Positions 26,227-32,000 of a DNA stretch of 32,000 bases are shown piece by piece. The stretch is from Candidatus Heimdallarchaeota archaeon (GTDB taxonomy: Archaea > Asgardarchaeota > Heimdallarchaeia > Heimdallarchaeales > Heimdallarchaeaceae): contig DAOVER010000024.1 in the NCBI GenBank assembly GCA_030668875.1, positions 1-32,000 of the forward strand, in the 5' to 3' direction. Positions within the stretch are counted from its first letter, which is position 1. Each line of letters begins with the position of its first letter. The position numbers and the translations under genes were made by a program. A model generated the notes under the pieces. It was not told where the DNA came from and ran no database searches. It saw only the letters and a list, made by a program, of their open reading frames with translations.

Positions 26227-27309
26227 TCAAGATTCTAAATTGTCTTGCAGTAATTGCTCTTTCAATAACTCTATTTCTTGTTCTATACGATTTATCTCAG
26301 TACATTCTCCTTGATTCAACTCTTTAAGATCATGTAAGCAGACTAATTGTAGCCTTTCAATTCCTTCAGCAGAATAGCTCTTCATTTCTTCCTTTAATGA
26401 CATCTTTCCTAGTTCAAGCATTTTAGCAAGATTCCAATCAGGCGGATATCTATCAATTTTCTCTGCAATTTTACTGAAGAAAAATGGAGCTTGAAAAGCT
26501 AGTCCATAATGACCATTATCCAAAAACTTCTGGCTCTGGGTTAGTAGTTGTCCTAACTTGAAGTGTGAAGAAATGGTTCTATTTTCTATAACGTCATCTT
26601 TCATCACATTGAGCAAAGCAATTAGTTTAACAATTTCTTGCACATCAATAGGGTTCTGAAAGAGAATAGGAGATATAATTTTCTTTCCTTTTAAGTTCTG
26701 ACTCTTTCCAGAAGATGTGTTTTCACTGGAAATTTTTACAATTTTATCATTATCACTTATACGTAGAAAGGCAGTTTTATTTGAAATTCTAAATAACTCA
26801 ATTAAATTCTTTCTTCCATTTAATCGTAGTAATTGTATTTTGAATCTATTTATCCATTTATCATAATAGAATAAATTAGATGTTATGTTACCTTTTTGAC
26901 CCACAAATGTTGTTAAAGGATAATTATAATAAATCAATAATTCGATTCTCCATGGCTCAATAAACAAATAAGTAGGAACAACTATTATCTTATCATTAAT
27001 ACATTGTTTTAGAGCCATTTCAAAAGCAATAATTTCGTTTTCACTAATATTCTGTTCTAGCTCCAGAACTTTGATAGGCAAGTCCAATTGGTTGATTTTG
27101 TCACAATCTATAATGTCATTTTTTGGGACAGTTAAGATAATTTCACTTACGAATTTCTGTAAAAGATGAATCTTTTTGAAGATTAAAGCAATTGAATCTT
27201 CATCTACAGTATAACAAAATATGATACCGGATATGCTAGTTCTATCTATCCTATGTTTAGAAATTTTCTCTTGTGCTTTTTCTAGTAGATTTCTTAACGA
27301 ACTATGCAT
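26227..27309 (-). CDS. Degenerate MobA-like (GT-A/NTP-transferase fold) protein with helical C-terminal extension
   Basis: Strand order ISGIIF, SEIILTV, ALKQCINDKIIVVP, GNITSNLFYYDK, GRKNL parallels MobA, but LAGG.S.RMG and the CD(M)P Asp are absent. Starts 1 nt after the mobB stop. Confidence 0.5.
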   Translation of the reverse strand: MHSSLRNLLEKAQEKISKHRIDRTSISGIIFCYTVDEDSIALIFKKIHLLQKFVSEIILTVPKNDIIDCDKINQLDLPIKVLELEQNISENEIIAFEMALKQCINDKIIVVPTYLFIEPWRIELLIYYNYPLTTFVGQKGNITSNLFYYDKWINRFKIQLLRLNGRKNLIELFRISNKTAFLRISDNDKIVKISSENTSSGKSQNLKGKKIISPILFQNPIDVQEIVKLIALLNVMKDDVIENRTISSHFKLGQLLTQSQKFLDNGHYGLAFQAPFFFSKIAEKIDRYPPDWNLAKMLELGKMSLKEEMKSYSAEGIERLQLVCLHDLKELNQGECTEINRIEQEIELLKEQLLQDNLES

Positions 27310-27310
27310 A

Positions 27311-27850
27311 TCAATCCTCTGTTCTGTTATTTACAAAGTAGGAATAAATATCATCTGTATCGAATAGAACAACTGTAGAGAGGTTTTTTTCAAGTTTTTT
27401 TAAGTCCTCTGAATGGTTGTTGTATTTATCCTTTTGACAATAAATTAGTTTGAGATTAGCAAGATTGAATAAAGTGATATTTTCCTTAAAATCTTCAGAC
27501 CAAACAAGAATTTTATCATATTCCTCATCTTTGTAACCTTCTACCAAAATTATGTCAGGATCACTCAATGACTGAATATTCTTTAAAAGTTCAAACAAAG
27601 GGGTTTTCTTATTTGTTGTAATTTGTGTTATATTTGAAAAAGAGACGGTGGAAGATATAGCTCCTTGTGTAAGAAATTTGTCAGAATCTTTATCAGAGGA
27701 GCTTATAGTATGACCCCTAGCAGATTTTATTGTTGCTACAGATAGATTTTGTTTTTCGAAAAGTTTTAACATATCAAGAATTAAGCTTGTTTTCCCAGAA
27801 TTTGAAAGACCCACAACCTGTATAATTCTTGATTTCTTCATTTTATCCAT
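27311..27850 (-). CDS. mobB: Molybdopterin-guanine dinucleotide biosynthesis protein MobB
   Basis: IIQVVGLSNSGKT, VATIK, DSDKF..QGA, PDIILVEGYK. Confidence 0.88.
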   Translation of the reverse strand: MDKMKKSRIIQVVGLSNSGKTSLILDMLKLFEKQNLSVATIKSARGHTISSSDKDSDKFLTQGAISSTVSFSNITQITTNKKTPLFELLKNIQSLSDPDIILVEGYKDEEYDKILVWSEDFKENITLFNLANLKLIYCQKDKYNNHSEDLKKLEKNLSTVVLFDTDDIYSYFVNNRTED

Positions 27851-27930
27851 ACTTTCATTTAACTTTTTAAGTATGATGTATTAATGAAATAATCTGTGAA
27901 AAAAATAGTTTTGAGGATTTAATCCTCTTA

Positions 27931-29337
27931 TTATTCCCTAATTAAGGTATTTGCACCATAGATAAGTTTCTTTGCTGAAGTTATCCCTATACCTCTTATT
28001 TTGCTTAATTCTTCAGGTTTAGAGTTTGCAAGCTGATCAATTGTTTCAACGCCACCATCTTTAAGCAACATAGCAATTTTTTCTCCAACTCCTGATATAT
28101 CTACTATCCTCAGTTCAGCTTTCTTATCTGTAAAAATTTCAGTTGAATCTATTGTTTCTTCTCCATCATCAATAATTTCTATTTCGAATGGTAGAGTTTT
28201 TTTTGCTTTAATTGAAGGTTTACTTACAGACGGGAGTCTTCGAGTTTTCTTTCTTTTACTTCCTGGAGGTGCAGGGATTTTATCTATCTCAGGATCTATC
28301 TTCCTCACAGGATGAATAAAAGCTTCAGATTCATTTCTGATAAGTTCACTCGGCTTTCGAAGATGCTCAACTTCTTCAAATACAGTTTCCTTATCCTTAA
28401 GATAATCTGAAGGTTTTAACAGTCTCTCACTTTTAGGAGGAGTTAGCTTCTGTTCAACTATTTCTTTTTTCTTGGTTGGTTGTTGAACAAGTTTCTTAGT
28501 TTTTGTTTCTGTTTTTACTGTTTCAATAGTTTTCTCATGTGAGAGTTCGCTTGGTTTAACTGTTGTATCAGCCACTGCATCGATTGTTTCTCGCTTTTTC
28601 AGATACTGTGTGGGTTTGAGTATGTCAACAGATTCAACCTTTTTCTCTTTTTTGGGTGAAGGTTTTGTAACAATTGGATCACCCATAATTTTCTTTGGAG
28701 CTTTGGGTTTAATTGCTTCTGGCTCAAAAATTGTATCGCGTTTCTTAATAACATCACTTGGCTTAAGTAGAGTATTTACAAGAGGTGCTTCTGGTTCTTC
28801 TTCCTCTTCTTCTACTTTCACTGGAGGCATTATTGTTACACTAGGAGATATTATCTCGTCTTTTTTAAACAGTTCACTGGGTTTAACAATTTCTGAAGCT
28901 GGAGATACAAGACTTTCAACGTCAGTTGTCATTTCTCTTTTCTTTGAAACAGATTCAAGAGGTTCTTGTACAACTTTGGCTTCTCTAATATCCAAACCAG
29001 AAGAGTGCAATGAGGCACCTTTACCCAAGTTTCTTACTAGTTCAATAAGTTGATAGAAATTGATATTTGTAATACCTACATCTGAAAAATATTCTGCTAA
29101 CCAGTTTGCAAAACGGTGGACATTTACCTCAGATCCTAGCATTTTTTCCCAAAAATTCATTATTATCGTTGTAAGTTGATCAAATGAAGAATATTTATGA
29201 GTCTGTGTTATATGTTTACCATCATATAAATCTAGAACACCTGTCATGTGCTCACTAAATACATTCTCATTTGGTTTGATGACGACACTATATCTATAAC
29301 TTCCAATCAAACTTCTACGTTGTGGTCGCGATGACAT
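27931..29337 (-). CDS. Protein with small N-terminal domain, long disordered linker carrying KPS repeats, and C-terminal tandem HhH
   Basis: ISGVGEKIA...IRGIGITSAKKL HhH pair at aa ~411-465; Lys/Glu/Pro/Thr-rich linker. Confidence 0.8.
   Translation of the reverse strand: MSSRPQRRSLIGSYRYSVVIKPNENVFSEHMTGVLDLYDGKHITQTHKYSSFDQLTTIIMNFWEKMLGSEVNVHRFANWLAEYFSDVGITNINFYQLIELVRNLGKGASLHSSGLDIREAKVVQEPLESVSKKREMTTDVESLVSPASEIVKPSELFKKDEIISPSVTIMPPVKVEEEEEEPEAPLVNTLLKPSDVIKKRDTIFEPEAIKPKAPKKIMGDPIVTKPSPKKEKKVESVDILKPTQYLKKRETIDAVADTTVKPSELSHEKTIETVKTETKTKKLVQQPTKKKEIVEQKLTPPKSERLLKPSDYLKDKETVFEEVEHLRKPSELIRNESEAFIHPVRKIDPEIDKIPAPPGSKRKKTRRLPSVSKPSIKAKKTLPFEIEIIDDGEETIDSTEIFTDKKAELRIVDISGVGEKIAMLLKDGGVETIDQLANSKPEELSKIRGIGITSAKKLIYGANTLIRE
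28336..28890 (-). repeat. Six dispersed peptide repeats, consensus hhKP(S/T)(E/D/Q)h
   Basis: IVKPSELF, LLKPSDVIKKRDTIFE, ILKPTQYLKKRETID, TVKPSELS, LLKPSDYLKDKETVFE, LRKPSELI (aa 150-334). Confidence 0.85.
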
Positions 29338-29438
29338 TTTCTCACAAAATACATATGTTCAATCTCTTTATAATCCTTTTCTGTTATGCAATCAAAACGA
29401 TTTTTTCTGAATTTAATAGAGGTTTAACAAATAAATAT

Positions 29439-29466
29439 AAAGAAAAAGAAAGGAAAAAGGGAAAAA
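29439..29466 (-). terminator. Pyrimidine/oligo-T terminator after the SLC44-like gene
   Basis: The minus strand reads TTTTTCCCTTTTTCCTTTCTTTTTCTTT just after the stop codon. Confidence 0.5.
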
Positions 29467-29470
29467 TGGT

Positions 29471-30976
29471 TTAGAACTCAGCTGGTTGTTCTTGCTTGTC
29501 AATCTTGTCAGATGACCAAGATGTTCTCTCTTCTTTGTCGTAACTTACCATAATGTTTTCTCTGACTTTAGAGATACTTTCTTGAACATCAGCTGACAAC
29601 CTTGTTTTGCGTCCTGGCTTTCCTCTGAATGGATCTGCGATATAGAAGAATAAGATTGTTTGATATGCTGTATTGAGTGGTTTGAGTAATGCAGACATAG
29701 GCAAATAACCAAAGATGAAGAAGAACACAGCTACAACAGCTCCAAAGAGAGCCAATACACCAACATCAGTTGAGAGCGAAATACCAAACCAATATCGTCC
29801 AACAAAGAAACCTGCTACAACAAATATGGCAAAGGTCATCACTGAGAATAATCCTTTAGCAATATTGACACCAGTTTTTCCTATGATGATATCTGCACCA
29901 GAATCTAATGCTAAATCAGAGGATCTAGCAATGCTTCGAATGAAGCCTTGTTTCTCTACAACTATGATTGTTAAAGTGTAGTAGTTCAGGAATTTAATAA
30001 TCTTGAACAACCATTTGAAGAGCAGTACGAATATGATAAATACCCAGTAAAGCACCTTTTTTATGATAGTAAAAGCTTTATAGAATTTTGAAGTTTCTTT
30101 GATCTTCTTCGCTCCAAAATATTGAACTATTTTTACAATCCAATCAAAGAATGCCATGAACATTCCAAACATTACTATGCTTCCTTTTACTTTCCAAACT
30201 TCCTTCATAGCATAACGAATACTTGCTTCTTTGTAATTATTCCATCTTTTGAACATGCAAATATTGATAGCATCAAGGAAGTACATTGTTGTCCAGTAAA
30301 TTGCCAGATACACATAAATAACAAGGAATAACACTAACCATTGAACCCATGTTTCTTGATCACTTAACCAGGATAGGTTAATGACCCACACACTTGCTGC
30401 AGCTCCAAGAATGAATATTATAATTGATGCAACAGCAAAAATCAGAATAGGAATCAACGTACGTTTATTTTCATTTACTGCTTCACAGCTTGTTTCGAAT
30501 ATTTTAGCTCCAAGAACTATTCTTCTTGAAACTAGAAGTATCACTACTATAAGCATAGCAGCAAGAGCTACTACGCCAATCCCTATCCAGATCGGTTTTA
30601 AGCCTATTATACAGTATATACCTCCACCTAAGATTACTAGAGGAATTCCAAATACAACTACACTAACAAATTCAGCACCAACAAAACTCATAATCCATAT
30701 TTCTAGATATGCTAGCAAAATTCCAATTAGGAACAAAGCAGCGACACCACCGATTATCCAGTATTTCATTGCTTCTAAATCTGGAACTAGAACTGGAACT
30801 GTTGAGATATCTATATCAGCTATGAAAGCAATTGCATAATCTAAAAAACCAATACCCTCACTGGCAAAGTTTGTGATAGCATAAATCCCTAAGGCTAATG
30901 CTGCAAAAGCTAAAAGAGACCATAAGTAAAAGAATAATCCAAAATCTCTTACTCTTTTTTCTTCTTGTTCAGTCAT
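29471..30976 (-). CDS. Choline transporter-like (SLC44/CTL/Pns1 family) membrane protein
   Basis: RVRDF, RRIVLGAKIFETSCEAV, GSIVMFG, IKFLN and GFIRSIARSSDL occur in the same order and spacing as SLC44 motifs (R..D, KRI..A..L..EAS.AV, GSLAFG, IKFLN, FC.SA..AF.L); about 10 TM segments. Confidence 0.8.
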   Translation of the reverse strand: MTEQEEKRVRDFGLFFYLWSLLAFAALALGIYAITNFASEGIGFLDYAIAFIADIDISTVPVLVPDLEAMKYWIIGGVAALFLIGILLAYLEIWIMSFVGAEFVSVVVFGIPLVILGGGIYCIIGLKPIWIGIGVVALAAMLIVVILLVSRRIVLGAKIFETSCEAVNENKRTLIPILIFAVASIIIFILGAAASVWVINLSWLSDQETWVQWLVLFLVIYVYLAIYWTTMYFLDAINICMFKRWNNYKEASIRYAMKEVWKVKGSIVMFGMFMAFFDWIVKIVQYFGAKKIKETSKFYKAFTIIKKVLYWVFIIFVLLFKWLFKIIKFLNYYTLTIIVVEKQGFIRSIARSSDLALDSGADIIIGKTGVNIAKGLFSVMTFAIFVVAGFFVGRYWFGISLSTDVGVLALFGAVVAVFFFIFGYLPMSALLKPLNTAYQTILFFYIADPFRGKPGRKTRLSADVQESISKVRENIMVSYDKEERTSWSSDKIDKQEQPAEF

Positions 30977-31072
30977 GAATATTATTTCTATTCCTTATTC
31001 AAAAATGTTTGCTAGGATTGTAGTTGTAAGCACGTAAGAAGATTTAAGAAAGGATTCAGAGAAATACATAAT

Positions 31073-31981
31073 GTGAAGGTTGACCTTAATATTATTAGTC
31101 ATGCAGTTTTAGATGATAAAATGTTTTTCACAGAAACGGGGAAAAAAGAAGTGAAAAATCAATTAGGGGGACCAGTTTCTTTTGCCTCTACTATTTTTCC
31201 TGTTTTATCAATTAAAGGGAGATGTATAACTACAATTGGAAGAGATTTTCCAAAGGAGTACTTAGAGTATTTTTCACAAATCAAAAATTACCATTTTGAG
31301 TATGAATTTAGTGAAAAAACAACACGTTTCCTCCACAAAATTTACGAAAACTTTAGATTTTTATATTTATTAGAACAAGCATCAAATTTAGACGAATACA
31401 TTACAGAATTTCCAGGCGCTAAAGGTTGTTTGATATCTCCTATTTATCATGAGGTTACATCAAAAACAGTAGATTGGGCATGTGAAGAACATGATTATAT
31501 TGGAATAGATGTTCAAGGTTTTATGAGAGGTTTAGATGTAAATAACAAAATAGTTCTTCTATACAATCCACAAATATTATCAGAGTTAACTAAAAATGCA
31601 AGTTTCGTAAAATATTCTCTGAATGAAGCACAACATTATACCCAGAAGAAATCCTATATGGAAATCTTGGAAGGATTACCCTCTAATAATACACAAATAG
31701 TAACACTTGGTAGTGAAGGATTACTTTTTTCAAAAAATGAACAATACTACAAATTATCAGCCCCATATAGAATAGAAAGAGACCCTACAGGAGCTGGTGA
31801 TGTACTTGTATCAGGCATTTTATCAAAATTAGTAGAAACAGGTGATCTTGAAATATCGATTGCTTTTGGTATGGCTCTTGCTGCAGAAAAAGTACAGATG
31901 AATAGATTGCAACCCTTAGCTTCCAATGATTATATGAAGATAGCAGAAAAAATACTTGAATCTTTGGAACAATTAAGATAA
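31073..31981 (+). CDS. PfkB/ribokinase-family carbohydrate kinase
   Basis: GGPVSF, IGRDF, IVTLGSEG and DPTGAGD catalytic motif; GTG start. Confidence 0.9.
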   Translation: MKVDLNIISHAVLDDKMFFTETGKKEVKNQLGGPVSFASTIFPVLSIKGRCITTIGRDFPKEYLEYFSQIKNYHFEYEFSEKTTRFLHKIYENFRFLYLLEQASNLDEYITEFPGAKGCLISPIYHEVTSKTVDWACEEHDYIGIDVQGFMRGLDVNNKIVLLYNPQILSELTKNASFVKYSLNEAQHYTQKKSYMEILEGLPSNNTQIVTLGSEGLLFSKNEQYYKLSAPYRIERDPTGAGDVLVSGILSKLVETGDLEISIAFGMALAAEKVQMNRLQPLASNDYMKIAEKILESLEQLR

Positions 31982-32000
31982 AATCAACTAAATAACAATT

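Noticed and set aside
27913-27927. GAGGATT-T-AATCCTC inverted repeat upstream of mobB
   Set aside because: Single 7-bp arm; cannot distinguish an operator, terminator or chance.
28610-30839. ORFs 28610..29053, 29715..29981, 30122..30331 and 30381..30839
   Set aside because: All lie fully antisense to well-supported genes and show no motifs.
1-32000. CRISPR array, tRNA or rRNA genes, intact transposase or integrase
   Set aside because: Intergenic gaps are short and AT-rich with no regularly spaced repeats or cloverleafs, and no ORF shows DDE, HUH, serine- or tyrosine-recombinase motifs.

Overview
This is an AT-rich (about 30% GC by eye), gene-dense archaeal window. An Arf-type GTPase-longin fusion, an SLC44/CTL-like transporter, an eL33-like domain and GGTGA/GGAG Shine-Dalgarno sites point to an Asgard archaeon, probably Heimdallarchaeia-like (inference). 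Recognisable housekeeping genes are hypB-hypA, pepQ, nfo, pcp, a PHP phosphatase, a GDPD, mobB, a PfkB kinase, a processive GT2 and a SAM methyltransferase. The best candidates for undescribed systems are: (1) a large TPR/alpha-solenoid gene followed by an Arf-longin fusion and a Zn-ribbon membrane protein; (2) a catalytically eroded ANT/DUF4111-type nucleotidyltransferase paired with a second eroded NTase domain fused to a Cdc6/Orc1-like AAA+ module lacking its winged helix; (3) a GC-rich structured insert at the left edge that truncates a secreted-protein gene, with a hairpin loop exactly complementary to the junction. Other oddities are an HhH + H1-like tail + eL33 fusion, an HhH protein with six KPS peptide repeats, a 4-TM protein ending in a HEPN motif, a pseudo-MobA, a HerA-like ATPase with a Cys-rich tail and a kinase gene with no canonical start before its P-loop. 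I saw no tRNA, rRNA or CRISPR array. All family calls are from motif recognition by eye, without database searches.
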